The translations under genes and the position numbers were made by a program. The notes under the pieces were generated by a model. The model ran no database searches. It saw only the letters and a program-made list of their open reading frames with translations, and was not told the origin of the DNA. Below, piece after piece: positions 1 through 10,447 of a stretch of DNA of 64,000 nt (position 1 is the first letter of the stretch; the number at the start of each line of letters is the position of its first letter). The stretch comes from an uncultured Actinomycetes bacterium (GTDB lineage: Bacteria > Actinomycetota > Thermoleophilia > UBA2241), in NCBI GenBank assembly GCA_963709345.1, contig CAVPVX010000010.1, positions 160,001 to 224,000 on the forward strand. The letters run 5' to 3'.

Positions 1-2
1 CG

Positions 3-1439
3 CTTGCGGCGGCCTGGACGCCCGCACCGGCCGGGGCTCTCGAGCTGCCACTCCGTCTCGATACGCAGGGGACTCTGCTCGAGCAGTTCGGCTACTCACC
101 CGGGTATCCGCTCAACATCCCGTCGTTCAACGTCGCCAATCGCCCCTTCATCCGCAGCCGGACCTCCTCGCAGCACTTCACGCAGTCGGCGATCAGGCTT
201 GGAGACGACGGTGGGTGGATCACCGCCTCCATCCTGAAGGCGGTGCGCCGCGCGTTCCCCACGTTCGCCGATACGGTGAACGCCGGCGGGTACGTGAGCG
301 AGCGCATCGAGTTCGACACTCGCGGCCGCGCGTACACACTGCTGGAGATCCGGCTGCGCGGCGGCTGGTACCACAACGCGCTGCTCTATTCGCTCGACGG
401 TTGCCGCACCTGGCGCGTCGTCAAGCTGCCGTTCGGCGGCCGGCGGCCGCTCTTCGACGGGCGCGACGGCGGCACCGCGGCGCTGGAGCAGTACGCGGGC
501 CACAACGTGACGTCCAGACCCCCGCTGGTGGCCGTCTGGCGACCGATGGCCGACTGGCCGGGCGACTACTGCTCCCGGAACTGGCTCTACGTCACCAAGC
601 CGCGCTTCCGCAACGGTCGGCTCGTCTTGCCGGCTCCGACGCTGGTCAGCAAGCGGTACATCGGTCAGACGTACGGAGCGGGGGGAGCCTCGTTCGCCGT
701 CTCCACTTCGTCCACCTCGTACCTCGTCTGGCCGGAGCGGGCGCGCATTGGCCAAGCCGGAACTCCGACGTACGTAGCCGCCTTCGATCATGCCTCCGGG
801 AGGATCGTCGAGCGCCAGCTGTTGGCCTTCGCGCAACGCCGTAACGACAATCACGACGCCCCCGGGATCGCTCGCGACGGCAAGGGCCATCTCCACGTTC
901 TGACCGGGGCCCACAACGCCGCGCTCCTGTACTCGCGTAGCGTGGCGCCGCTCCACGCGGGTATTTGGACGCCACCCGAACAGGTGCTTGCGGGGGGCTA
1001 CGTGGCCGACGGCGCGGAGCCGCCCGGCGCGGCGCGCCAGACGTATCTCTCACTGGCCTGCCTCCCCGACGACAGCCTGGTGATCGTGTTTCGCCAGGGG
1101 CGGCGCGGGGTGGACCCCGATCACGACGGCGCAGCCTACGACGCGTTGAGCGTCCAACGCCGCTCTCCCGAGGGGGTGTGGAGCGACGCCGAGCGCCTCG
1201 TCTGCTGCGGCGACCGCGCCGGCTACGCGAACTACCATCAGAAGCTCACGGTCGACCGTCTCGGCCGGCTGTACCTCTCGCTCAGCTACTTCAGCCCGCT
1301 CGACTACCCGCCGCATCAGCGTGCGGACAACCGGTACCGTCATCGGATGGTGCTGATCTCCAAAGACGGAGGCGTGGGCTGGGACTTCGCCGCCGCCGCC
1401 GATTTCATCGAGGGTGTCTCGCTGGCGGCTGCCGACTAG
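3..1439 (+). CDS. BNR-4 repeat / beta-propeller secreted protein (5' end lies outside the window)
   Basis: Frame is open from nt 3 and joins ORF 243-1439. Contains BNR-like motifs (YSLDGCRTW, ISKDGGVGW) and DNHDAPGIARDGKGHLHVLTGAHN, typical of BNR_4 proteins. Confidence 0.65.
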   Translation, partial: LAAAWTPAPAGALELPLRLDTQGTLLEQFGYSPGYPLNIPSFNVANRPFIRSRTSSQHFTQSAIRLGDDGGWITASILKAVRRAFPTFADTVNAGGYVSERIEFDTRGRAYTLLEIRLRGGWYHNALLYSLDGCRTWRVVKLPFGGRRPLFDGRDGGTAALEQYAGHNVTSRPPLVAVWRPMADWPGDYCSRNWLYVTKPRFRNGRLVLPAPTLVSKRYIGQTYGAGGASFAVSTSSTSYLVWPERARIGQAGTPTYVAAFDHASGRIVERQLLAFAQRRNDNHDAPGIARDGKGHLHVLTGAHNAALLYSRSVAPLHAGIWTPPEQVLAGGYVADGAEPPGAARQTYLSLACLPDDSLVIVFRQGRRGVDPDHDGAAYDALSVQRRSPEGVWSDAERLVCCGDRAGYANYHQKLTVDRLGRLYLSLSYFSPLDYPPHQRADNRYRHRMVLISKDGGVGWDFAAAADFIEGVSLAAAD

Positions 1440-2206
1440 CTCAGCCGCACCGCCGGCTTCTTTGCGAACAGCAGCACCAGCACGAAGCCGATCGCCACGC
1501 TGGCGATGCTCACCCACTGCGGTTGCGTGAGACCCGCCAGCCACTCCGGGTTACGACGCACGAATTCCACGAGAAAGCGCTCGAAGCCGGAGAGGACCAG
1601 GAACCAGCCGAAGGTCCACCAGCCGGATTTGTCGTAGCGCGTGGCTAGTCGCCAGAGGATCCAGACCACGAAGGCCATCGCGATGATCTCGTAGATCGGT
1701 GTCGGGTGCACGGTCACGCCGGGCGGGGTCGGGACCGTGCCTTGCGGGTAGCCCATCGCCCACGGCAGGTCGCTGGGCCGGCCGTAGTCGCCGTCGCCGG
1801 CCAGCTGGCAACCGACGCGACCGATGGCGTAGCCCATCGCGACCGCGGGCGCCATCGCGTTGGCGACGATGTCGAGCGGGAGTCGTCGGATCAGCGACCA
1901 GATCACGACGGCTACGAAGCCGCCGATGAGGCCGCCGTACCAGGTGAAGCCGATGCCGCCGAAAGCCACGCCCCAGAGGTCCGCCTTGGTGACCGCCCAG
2001 TTCTCGGCCATGAAGTAGAGCCGGGCGCCGATGAAGCCGCCGAGGGCGGCGGCGACGATCAGTTCATAGGCGAACTCCGCCGGGGCGCCGCGACGACGTA
2101 CCAAGGGCCTCACGAGGGTGAGCCCTGGAACGATGAGCGCCAGCGCGGCCATGAGGCCGAAGCTGTAGAAGGTGAAGTCGCCGATCTGGAAGAGGACGGG
2201 CCGCAT
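1436..2206 (-). CDS. lgt: Prolipoprotein diacylglyceryl transferase
   Basis: Motifs GARLYF, WYGGLIGG, GRVGCQLAGDGDYG, HPTPIYE, RFLVEFVR; multi-TM protein. Confidence 0.92.
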   Translation of the reverse strand: MRPVLFQIGDFTFYSFGLMAALALIVPGLTLVRPLVRRRGAPAEFAYELIVAAALGGFIGARLYFMAENWAVTKADLWGVAFGGIGFTWYGGLIGGFVAVVIWSLIRRLPLDIVANAMAPAVAMGYAIGRVGCQLAGDGDYGRPSDLPWAMGYPQGTVPTPPGVTVHPTPIYEIIAMAFVVWILWRLATRYDKSGWWTFGWFLVLSGFERFLVEFVRRNPEWLAGLTQPQWVSIASVAIGFVLVLLFAKKPAVRLS

Positions 2207-2214
2207 CGCCTTCC

Positions 2215-2220
2215 AGTCTA
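2215..2220 (-). promoter_or_regulatory. -10 element TAGACT, probable leaderless lgt promoter
   Basis: TAGACT lies 8 nt upstream of the ATG at 2206. Confidence 0.45.
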
Positions 2221-2325
2221 GGTCTTCCGCGCGGCGGCGGCCAGCGGGGGGTCGCGCAAGCGGCCGACTCCAGCCGTCGGCCAGCCGGCGTCGGACCTCG
2301 GCCAGCCGGCTTCAGACACCCGTAG

Positions 2326-3297
2326 TCAGGCGCCTGGTGAGCCCACGAAGGCGCCGCCTGCCAGCTCGCGCGCCAGGTCCGGGTCGACGTGACCGTTGTA
2401 CGGGGACGTTGCGTTGGCGGCGGCGGCGCCGGCCGCAATGCGGAGCGCGACGTCGGGCTCGTCGCCGCGCCCGAGCGACAGCGCCAGACCGGCGGCGAAG
2501 CAGTCGCCCGAGCCGACGGGGCTCACCGTCCGGACGGGCGCGGTGCGCACGTGCCACTCGCGGCTGCCGAGAACGGCTGCGGCTCCGGCGGCGCCGAGCG
2601 TGACGACGGCTTGGCTGGGGCCGCTCGCGACGAGTCGCCGGGCTAACTCGAGGCCTTCGGCGACCAGCTTTGCCTCCGGCGCGTGCTTCTCATCCTCACA
2701 GTGCGCCACGGGCAGGCCGACTGCCGAGCAGGCCTCGGCCAGATTGACCTTGACCAGGTCCGGCCGCTCGGCGAGGGCTCCGGTCAGCTGCTCGTCCGCC
2801 GCGTCGACCAGCGATCGGAAGCCGGCTTTGCGCACCGCGCGGACGAGGTCGGCGTAGAAGCCCGGCGAGACGCCGGGTGGCGCCGCCCCCGTGATGACGG
2901 CCCAGTCGCCGGGGGTAGGGATCTGCGCCCCGACGAGGTCGACCAGCGCGCGCTCTTCGTCCGGGCCCTGCTCCGGGCCGAACTCGTAGAGGCGCGTGAC
3001 CGAACCGTCGTCCCCGAGGACAACGGTGGAGACGCGCGCCTCACCGCCCGTGACCACGACGTCGAACTCGAGCCCCTCATCGCGGGCGAGCTCCTCGATG
3101 ATGCGCCCGCCGCGGCCGGCGGCGAATCCGGCCAGCACAGCGGCCCCGCCCAGGGCCCGCAGGGCGCGCGCCACGTTACCGCCCTTGCCGCCGGCCTGCG
3201 TGCGCAGCGCCCGGCAGCGCGTCGTGCCGCCGGGCCGTAAGGTATCGGCGGCCAGCATGCGGTCGATGGCGAGGTTGGGGCAGACGACGAGGGTCAC
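2326..3297 (-). CDS. PfkB family sugar kinase (1-phosphofructokinase/LacC-like)
   Basis: NLAIDR, AGGKGGNVA, KVNLAEA, VTLGAAGA and the anion-hole motif VGSGD. Confidence 0.85.
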   Translation of the reverse strand: MTLVVCPNLAIDRMLAADTLRPGGTTRCRALRTQAGGKGGNVARALRALGGAAVLAGFAAGRGGRIIEELARDEGLEFDVVVTGGEARVSTVVLGDDGSVTRLYEFGPEQGPDEERALVDLVGAQIPTPGDWAVITGAAPPGVSPGFYADLVRAVRKAGFRSLVDAADEQLTGALAERPDLVKVNLAEACSAVGLPVAHCEDEKHAPEAKLVAEGLELARRLVASGPSQAVVTLGAAGAAAVLGSREWHVRTAPVRTVSPVGSGDCFAAGLALSLGRGDEPDVALRIAAGAAAANATSPYNGHVDPDLARELAGGAFVGSPGA

Positions 3298-3614
3298 GGC
3301 CGTCCGTCGAGGGCGCGGCCGTCGCCGGGGCAGCGGCCGGCTGAGCCGCCGCCGCGGTCGTGCGGTCGTGGAGTTCTCGGCGCATCCCCTGTGCGATGCT
3401 CGGTGGAGGGCTTGTGGCGGTCGGATGGCATGCTCATCTGCCCACGATAGTACACAGGGGGCGACCGGGGGACCAGGCGGCGCGTTCGGTGTACGCGGCG
3501 CCGTCCCACGCGAAGCCGTTTCGCGTCGCCTTCCCGCAGCGCACGTGGCTCTTGAGGCCGACGCCGATCCTGGCGATAGGATGAAGGCAGGTCGTCATCA
3601 CGGATCGGGGTCAC

Positions 3615-4874
3615 GTGCACTCTCATCACCGACTCGCCGCCGTTGCGCTGTCCCTGGCGGCCACGCTTGCCGTGGCGGCGTCGCTGTGGCTGTTCATCGC
3701 AGGATGCGGGCTGGAGCAGGAATCCGGAGCGGACGACGAGCGGTCCACCCAGGCGCGGACGCTCGCGCTGGCCCGGGACGGATTCTCCCGTGCCGCGGAT
3801 GCGCTGCTCGCCGGCGATCAGGCCGGGTTCCGCGCCGCGCTGGCGGCGGGCGGCGCCGCCGCCGCATCCGCCGCTGTGCGCGAGAGCTTCGAGGATGTGT
3901 ACCGGGCGCTGGCGCCGCTGCCGTGGCGGAGCTTCTCGTTCGAGGTCACACCGCTCGACGCCGACTCGGGGTTGTATCGGGTCCGCGGCATCGGGCAGCT
4001 CGGCTCGGCCGGCCCTCCCGACCGTATCGCGGTCGTGCGCCACCTGGTCCTTCACACGTCCGCGGACGCGGTCACCCTGCGTTCCGACGAGACGCCCGCC
4101 GGCCTTCGCCGCCGGTATCTGATGGCGCTGCGCGACCCCGTCGTGCTGCAGCGCCCGGGCCTGCTCGTTCTCGGCGATCGCCGCGCCGGTGACCGCGTCG
4201 CGACCGTCGCCGCGGCGGCCACGAGGGCGCGGCCGCGGCTCGCAGTCGTGGGGGTGGGTGCCCGAGCGACCGTCGTGGTCACCGTCTTCGACTCCGCGGA
4301 GGACGCGCGCGACGCTCTCGGCATCGAGGCATCGAGCGCGCGCCTCGTCTTCTTCGCATATCCGGCGCTCCGAGTCGCCGGTGAGCCGTGGCGCGTCACG
4401 GACGTCGGCGTCATGGGGCCGTGGCTCCGTGACGCCGGTGATTCGCTGGAGGCCGTGCTGGCGCACGAGCTCGCGCACGCGTTCACCGTGGGCTGGTTCG
4501 CCGGCGCCGCTCACACGCCGGCGTTGCTGGTCGAGGGCATCGCCCAGACCGTGGAGGGTGCGGACCCGGTCTATCTGCGGGAGGAGGTCGCGAGCGGCAA
4601 TCAGCTGTGGCCGCTGCCCGAGTCGTTCGCCACCGAGGATCTGTGGGCCGGCAACGATGGCCGGGCGGTCGGACTCGGCTATGAGATCGGCGGCTCTCTG
4701 GTCGGCTACGTGCTCGAGCACTGGGGCGTGCGCCTGCTGCGGCCCTTCGTTCGGGCGGTGGCCGTGGCCGAGCCCACCGAGGCGGACCTGGACCGCGCCT
4801 TGCTGGAGACGCTCGGCGTGAGCTGGAGGCAGTTCTACGACGGCTGGCGCAGATGGGTGCTGACGGGCGCGTGA
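3615..4874 (+). CDS. Exported peptidase MA-like (gluzincin HExxH...E) protein, paralog 1
   Basis: Hydrophobic N-terminus with possible lipobox (FIAGC); LAHELAHA followed by EGIA. Confidence 0.65.
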   Translation: MHSHHRLAAVALSLAATLAVAASLWLFIAGCGLEQESGADDERSTQARTLALARDGFSRAADALLAGDQAGFRAALAAGGAAAASAAVRESFEDVYRALAPLPWRSFSFEVTPLDADSGLYRVRGIGQLGSAGPPDRIAVVRHLVLHTSADAVTLRSDETPAGLRRRYLMALRDPVVLQRPGLLVLGDRRAGDRVATVAAAATRARPRLAVVGVGARATVVVTVFDSAEDARDALGIEASSARLVFFAYPALRVAGEPWRVTDVGVMGPWLRDAGDSLEAVLAHELAHAFTVGWFAGAAHTPALLVEGIAQTVEGADPVYLREEVASGNQLWPLPESFATEDLWAGNDGRAVGLGYEIGGSLVGYVLEHWGVRLLRPFVRAVAVAEPTEADLDRALLETLGVSWRQFYDGWRRWVLTGA

Positions 4875-4979
4875 TGGCGCAGGGTCGAGGCCCCTGACGT
4901 CACCGGCGTGGCAGCCCCCTCGGTGCTCGCGCCACGGGGTGACCCCCGCGGCGGGACCGCGCGCCGTACAATGGTCGTC

Positions 4980-6236
4980 ATGGATCGACCTCGCCGCAGC
5001 CCGCGCTCCACCGTCCTCCTCGCCGCGATCGCCTTGCCGGTCGCCGTCCTTGCGCTCGTCGTGTTCGGCGCCCTTCTGCCGGTCATCGTCGAGGAGAGGG
5101 CGCCGGCCACCGAGCCGGTGGTGCGGGCGGCCCGGCCGGACGAGGCAAGGGCGGCACTGGGCCGCGCGGCGAGCGCGCTCCGCGAGGGCGACCGCGTCGC
5201 CTACGACGACGCCCTGCCCGCATCCGGCCCCGCCGCCCGCACGGCGCTCCGCTCGCTCTACCGGCACCTCGCGCCGCTGCCGTGGACGAGCTTTCGTTTC
5301 GCGGCCAAGCCGGTCCCTGGTGTACCGGGGCGCTTCGACGTGCGCGCCGTTGGAGAGCTCGGCGCCGCCGACCCTTCGGACCGCATCCTCGCCGAGCGCA
5401 TCCTCGACATCGGCGTGCTCGACGAGCGGGTCATCGTGCGCGGCGACGACACCCCGCCCGCCGTCGCCCGCCAGAACGTCATGGCCTTCGCGCGGCCGAT
5501 CGCGGTGCGGCGCAACGGCTGCATCGTGCTCGCCGACGAGAGTGAGGCTGGGCGAGCCGGCGACGTCGCCGACGCCTGCGGCCCGGCGCGAGAGCGGCTC
5601 GCGCTGCTCGGCATCACATCGCGCGAGCCGGTCGTCATCTACTACTTCTCCTCGCGCCGCCAGCTTCGCCGGGCGCTCGGCGGGGGCCCTGCCGAACAAC
5701 GCATCCGGTTCTTCTCGCGCGCTCCCGACCGGCTGAGCCGCGCGCCGGCGAAGACCCGCGACATCGGCGTGCTGGGCCCGGCCCTCGACGGCCAGGACGA
5801 CTGGATGCCACTGATGCTCGCCCACGAGCTCACCCACGCCCACACCGCGAGTTGGTTCGCGAAGACGAAGCACGCGCCCACGCTTCTCGCCGAGGGTCTC
5901 GCCACCGCCGTGGAGGGAGGGCGCACCTACCAGCCGCTGCGCGACGACCTCGCGTCGGCCGACCCCGAGCTGCCGCTGCTCACGGCGATCGCCAGTGGCA
6001 GCCTGTGGAGCGGAAAGCCGATAGACATCGTGCGGCTCGGGTACCTCGAGGGGGGGTCCCTGGTGCTCTACGTGCTCGACGGCTGGGGCTTGGCCGACCT
6101 GCGCCGCTTCATCACCGCGGCGAGCGACTCGGACCTGAGCGAGACCGGGCTCGACAAGGCGGTGCGCAAGAGCCTCGGAGTCGGTTGGGACGAGTTCTAC
6201 GCCGGGTGGGTGCAGTTCGTAAAGACGCTGCCCTGA
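4980..6236 (+). CDS. Membrane-anchored peptidase MA-like (HExxH...E) protein, paralog 2
   Basis: N-terminal TM; LAHELTHA...EGLA; colinear with the upstream gene. TACAAT at 4967-4972 lies 7 nt before ATG 4980. Confidence 0.65.
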   Translation: MDRPRRSPRSTVLLAAIALPVAVLALVVFGALLPVIVEERAPATEPVVRAARPDEARAALGRAASALREGDRVAYDDALPASGPAARTALRSLYRHLAPLPWTSFRFAAKPVPGVPGRFDVRAVGELGAADPSDRILAERILDIGVLDERVIVRGDDTPPAVARQNVMAFARPIAVRRNGCIVLADESEAGRAGDVADACGPARERLALLGITSREPVVIYYFSSRRQLRRALGGGPAEQRIRFFSRAPDRLSRAPAKTRDIGVLGPALDGQDDWMPLMLAHELTHAHTASWFAKTKHAPTLLAEGLATAVEGGRTYQPLRDDLASADPELPLLTAIASGSLWSGKPIDIVRLGYLEGGSLVLYVLDGWGLADLRRFITAASDSDLSETGLDKAVRKSLGVGWDEFYAGWVQFVKTLP

Positions 6237-6304
6237 CGGCGGCGCCCCCGCGGGCACAACGACGCCGCGAGAACGGCAGCGGAGCCCCGCGGCCCCGCCG
6301 CGCC

Positions 6305-8839
6305 TCAGACCGCCGGTTCCGAGAGGTCGACGAGGCCTCGACGCACCACCCGGAGGCACGAGGCGGCGACGTCGTCGTGGTACAGGCGGCCGGCGCCCCA
6401 CTGGATCTCGTCGAGCGCTGCGCCGACGCCCAGAGCCGGCCGGTACGGGCGGTGCGAGGCCATGGCCTCGACGACGTCGGCCACCATCAGGATGCACGCC
6501 TCGAGCATGATCTCGTCGCCGCGCAGGCCGCGAGGGTAGCCGGAGCCGTCGAGGCGCTCGTGGTGCTGCAGCACGATCTCCGCCACCGGCGCCTCGAAGC
6601 CGATGCCGGCGAGCACCTCGTGGCCGACCTCCACGTGGGTCTGGATCAGGCTGTACTCCCACTCCGAGAGGCGCCGCGGCATGGTCATGATCTCCGCCGG
6701 AACGGCGACCTTGCCGATGTCGTGGACCGAGGCCGCGTGGCGCAGCCCGGCGATCACCCGCGGCTCAAGCCCCATGTCGGTGGCGATGGCCTCCGCGAGC
6801 GCCGTGACGCGGCGCTCGTGCCCGGCGGTGTACGGGTCGCGCAGGGCGACGATGGTGCCCATCGCCGCGACCGTGTCGCCGAGCACCGCGCTGAGCTGCT
6901 CCTCGCGCGCGAGAAGCGCGTCCTTGGCCAGGCGCGCGTCGGTGATGTCGGTGCCGGCGACGATCAGGGCGCCGACGTCGCCGTCCGCACCCACCACCGG
7001 CGTCACCGACAGGTCGAACCACGGCGTCTCGCCGTCCTTGGCGACGAGTCGCCGCTCGAAGCGGTCGCTCTTGCCCTCGCCGGCCAGCGCCAGCGACAGC
7101 CGGCGCAGCATAGCCGGGCGCTCCTCCGGCGGCGTGATGTCGCGCATGGTCATGCGCTGCAGCTCTTCCGCCGGGTAGCCGAGCGCCCCGTGGAAGGCGC
7201 GGTTCCAGCGCGCGAACGCGCCGCGCGGGTCCATCACGACCATCGGGATGCCGACGAGGTCGAACACGGCGTGCATCTCGGCCTCGCTGGCGCGCAGAGC
7301 CTCCTCCGCCCGCTTCTCGGCGGTGACGTCGTTGTAGATCGCCACGATCTCCCCGGTGGGCAGCTTGAAGACGTAGTTGTCGTACCAGTTCGCGAACCGC
7401 TCGTCCGTGTAGATCTTGGCCGGGAAGTGCTCGGGGTCGCCGGTGCGCCAGACGCGCCAGAAGACGTCGACAAGGCCGTACTCGTCGATGGCCGGGCGCA
7501 GACCCTTGAGGCTCTTGCCGATGACGCTGTCCTTGCGCCGGCCTTCGATACGCAGGCTCGTCTCGTTCATGTCCTTGATGACGTAGTCGTCGCCGGAGCG
7601 GCCGTCGCCGCGCACTTCGTAGATGCCGCAGCCGCTCGGCATGGTGTCGAAGAGGCCGCGAACCAGCGCTTCGCGCTCGAGCAGCCTCTCCTGCGCCTCG
7701 ACGGCGTCGGTCACATCCTGGATGACGCCCAACGCCCGCAGCGGCTCACCAGCGTCGTCGCTCTCCACCTCGAGCGACTGGCGCAGGTGACGTGTCTTGC
7801 CGTCGGGGCGGATGATGCGGAACTGGAGCTCGGCGGCGGTGGCTCCCGCCGCGATTGCATCGTTGAGCTCCTGGTTGCGGTCGCGATCGTCGGGGTGGAT
7901 CAGGGCGACGATCGCCGGGAAGGAGAGCTCGAAGCCCTCGTCCACGCCCCAGATGCGATAGAGCTCGTGTGACCACGTGAGTTCGCCGGCGGCGATGTCC
8001 CACTCCCAGCTTCCCATGCGGCCCACCTGCTGGGCGCGATTCATGGTCTCCTCAGCTCTGCGCAGCGTTGCTTCGGTGCGCTCGCGCTCGGTGACGTCGA
8101 ACTCCACGCCGACGATGCCGGCCGGACGGCCGGCCAGGTCGGCGTACACCGAGCGGTGCAGATCGATGCGGCGCAGGCCTTCGTGCGCGTACATCGCGTC
8201 CTCGATGACGTGGTCCGCGCCTCCGCGTGCGAGGATCGCGGCGTCGTCCTTGTCGTAGGCGGCTGCCAGGTCGGCCGGATGCACGTCGGCGGCCGTCCTG
8301 CCGAGGATCGCGTCGCGCTCCACGCCGACGGCCTCCGCGTACGCGCGGTTGACGGCCACGTACACGCCTTCCGCATCCTTGTGGAAGATGGGCGCGGGGA
8401 TGGCGTCGAGGATCTGTTGGAGGTAGTTCGCGGACTCGCGAAGTTGCTGCTCCGCGCGCATGCGGGCGGAGACGTCGTGGGCGATGTGGACCGAGCCGAC
8501 GATCGAGCCGCCGGCGTCGCGGAGCGGTGCGCACGAGACCTCGAAGAGGCCCTTGCCCGTGATCTCGACGCGCTCGGTCGTCGGTTCGCCCGAGTCGTTG
8601 AGCAGACGCATGTGCGGGCACTTCGTCATGGGGCCGTCGGTCCCGTGGACGAGCTCGTAGCACTTGCGACCGACGAGCTGGTCGGGCTCGAGCCCGAAGG
8701 CGGTGGCCATCGCACGGTTGGCGCGGCGCACGGTACAGTCGGTGTCGATGAGCGCGACCCAGTCGGGAGCGACGTCGAACGCCGCATCCGGCGTGAACGC
8801 GTCGACGACCGGCCCGGCCTCTGCCTCTGACTCGTTCAT
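6305..8839 (-). CDS. Multi-PAS HD-GYP cyclic di-GMP phosphodiesterase
   Basis: About 5 PAS/PAC repeats, then DPYTAGHERRV, HDIGK, HHERLDGSGYPRGL, ADVVEAM. Start placed at ATG 8839 with a GGAGAG RBS. Confidence 0.9.
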   Translation of the reverse strand: MNESEAEAGPVVDAFTPDAAFDVAPDWVALIDTDCTVRRANRAMATAFGLEPDQLVGRKCYELVHGTDGPMTKCPHMRLLNDSGEPTTERVEITGKGLFEVSCAPLRDAGGSIVGSVHIAHDVSARMRAEQQLRESANYLQQILDAIPAPIFHKDAEGVYVAVNRAYAEAVGVERDAILGRTAADVHPADLAAAYDKDDAAILARGGADHVIEDAMYAHEGLRRIDLHRSVYADLAGRPAGIVGVEFDVTERERTEATLRRAEETMNRAQQVGRMGSWEWDIAAGELTWSHELYRIWGVDEGFELSFPAIVALIHPDDRDRNQELNDAIAAGATAAELQFRIIRPDGKTRHLRQSLEVESDDAGEPLRALGVIQDVTDAVEAQERLLEREALVRGLFDTMPSGCGIYEVRGDGRSGDDYVIKDMNETSLRIEGRRKDSVIGKSLKGLRPAIDEYGLVDVFWRVWRTGDPEHFPAKIYTDERFANWYDNYVFKLPTGEIVAIYNDVTAEKRAEEALRASEAEMHAVFDLVGIPMVVMDPRGAFARWNRAFHGALGYPAEELQRMTMRDITPPEERPAMLRRLSLALAGEGKSDRFERRLVAKDGETPWFDLSVTPVVGADGDVGALIVAGTDITDARLAKDALLAREEQLSAVLGDTVAAMGTIVALRDPYTAGHERRVTALAEAIATDMGLEPRVIAGLRHAASVHDIGKVAVPAEIMTMPRRLSEWEYSLIQTHVEVGHEVLAGIGFEAPVAEIVLQHHERLDGSGYPRGLRGDEIMLEACILMVADVVEAMASHRPYRPALGVGAALDEIQWGAGRLYHDDVAASCLRVVRRGLVDLSEPAV

Positions 8840-9069
8840 GGTGTGGCTCTCTCCGCCCGGCGGGTGCCGTCTCCCCGCAATGGGTGGATTATGCACACGA
8901 AACCGGCGCTCACGCCACTCCGGGGTGGGAGCTCTTGCAGCTCGACCGGCGCCGGTTGCGTGGTGCGTCCGGATCGCCGGTTGCCACTGTAAGGTTGCGT
9001 CGTCGCCCGGTCGGGGGTACACCTCAGTAGACACAGCCCCGCAGCAGCATCACTCCGGAAGGAGATCCC

Positions 9070-10446
9070 ATGCGGTCCAGAGTCATCATCCTCGCCTCCC
9101 TCGTCGCTCTCGCGGCGGTGATCCTGGTCGTCGGCGTCGCCGTGGCCGGCGCCGACCAGTCGACTCCGCTCCCCGACGTCAGCGCTCCCGATCTGCTCGC
9201 AAGGATGGGGCAGGCGGACGGCGAGGTGACGGCCATGAGTGGAGAGATCTCCTGGCGGAACGAGTTGTTCGGCGATGTGCGCGCGGCGAGTGACATGGCG
9301 CAGCTCCCGGCACAGTCGCCGCTCATGACCGGCGGTTCGGGCCGCATCTGGGTGAGTGACGCCGGCGCCCGTGCCGAATCCCAGGCGAGCGGCGGCGACC
9401 AGGTGGTCGTCGTGAACAAGGCAGCGCGCACCGCGTGGGTCTACGACTACGCCGCGAACACGGTGGAGGAACTGGTCGTCACTGGTGAGGCGCCGGCGGA
9501 GACCCCTTCTCCGGCGCCTTCCGCCGCCTTCATGACACCCGAGGCGATCACCATGTATCTGCAGCGTTTCGCGCGCTTCGCTACGGTCGAGGTGTCCGGC
9601 CAGGCCGAGGTCGCCGGGCGGGACACCTACCTGCTGCGGATGACGCCGGTGGCCGACGACACCGCCTTGGGCTACGTGCAGGCGGCGATCGACGGAGAGA
9701 CCATGGTGCCGCTCCGGCTCGAGGTCTTCGCCAAGGGCGGCTCCGCGCCGGTGCTGCGCTTCGGCTTCGACAGCGTGAAGTACGATCCCATCGACCCGTC
9801 GCTGCTGGTCTTCACGCCGCCTGAGGGCGCTGCCGTCAAGGCGAAGACCGTGGACGGCGACGCGATGCGCGAGAAGGCCGAAGCGGCGCACGACGATCAG
9901 GCGGCCAAGGGCGAGCCGACCGAGGCCGAGAAGGCCGCCGCGCAGAAGCAGGTGCGGCGCGCTCTGCTCACGCGCGAGCAGGTGCAGGATCTCGTGCCCT
10001 ACGACGTCGCGCGGGCGCGCGGCTACGAGGCGCGACCGTATCGCTGGGGCTACGTGTTCGACCAGGGCGGCCCGCTGACTGCCGCCGGGACTCCGCTGGC
10101 GCAGCTCATGGGCATGGCGACCGGAGGCGGCAAGGCCTTCGAGGGTATCGGTGAGCAGGCCGATCGCCCGACGACCGGTCCGACCAGCGTCCTGCTCTAC
10201 GGTGACGGCTTCGGCGCCGTCGCTCTGGCGCAGACCGAGACGACGCCGGAGATCGAGAAGCAGCTCGAGGAACTGCGGAAGACGTCGCAGATCCTCGGCA
10301 CGACCAGCGTCGGCGGCGCGAAGGCGCAGGTCGTCGGCACGCCGCTCGGCGGCGTCATCGTCTGGCAGCAGGGCGGCACCACGCTCGTCGCCGGCGGGAT
10401 GGTGCCGATGAGCGACCTCGAGGCCTTCGCGAGTTCCGTTCGTTGA
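9070..10446 (+). CDS. LolA-like / DUF2092-type exported protein
   Basis: Signal peptide; VAGRDTYLLRMTP, AIDGETMVPLRLEV, FTPPEGAAV; GAAGGAG RBS. Confidence 0.65.
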   Translation: MRSRVIILASLVALAAVILVVGVAVAGADQSTPLPDVSAPDLLARMGQADGEVTAMSGEISWRNELFGDVRAASDMAQLPAQSPLMTGGSGRIWVSDAGARAESQASGGDQVVVVNKAARTAWVYDYAANTVEELVVTGEAPAETPSPAPSAAFMTPEAITMYLQRFARFATVEVSGQAEVAGRDTYLLRMTPVADDTALGYVQAAIDGETMVPLRLEVFAKGGSAPVLRFGFDSVKYDPIDPSLLVFTPPEGAAVKAKTVDGDAMREKAEAAHDDQAAKGEPTEAEKAAAQKQVRRALLTREQVQDLVPYDVARARGYEARPYRWGYVFDQGGPLTAAGTPLAQLMGMATGGGKAFEGIGEQADRPTTGPTSVLLYGDGFGAVALAQTETTPEIEKQLEELRKTSQILGTTSVGGAKAQVVGTPLGGVIVWQQGGTTLVAGGMVPMSDLEAFASSVR

Positions 10447-10447
10447 C

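Noticed and set aside
3294-6662. 1122-aa minus-strand ORF and similar long shadow ORFs (e.g. 26344-29025, 21466-23922, 45405-47423)
   Set aside because: Antisense or off-frame shadows of real genes, expected from high GC3; no protein motifs.
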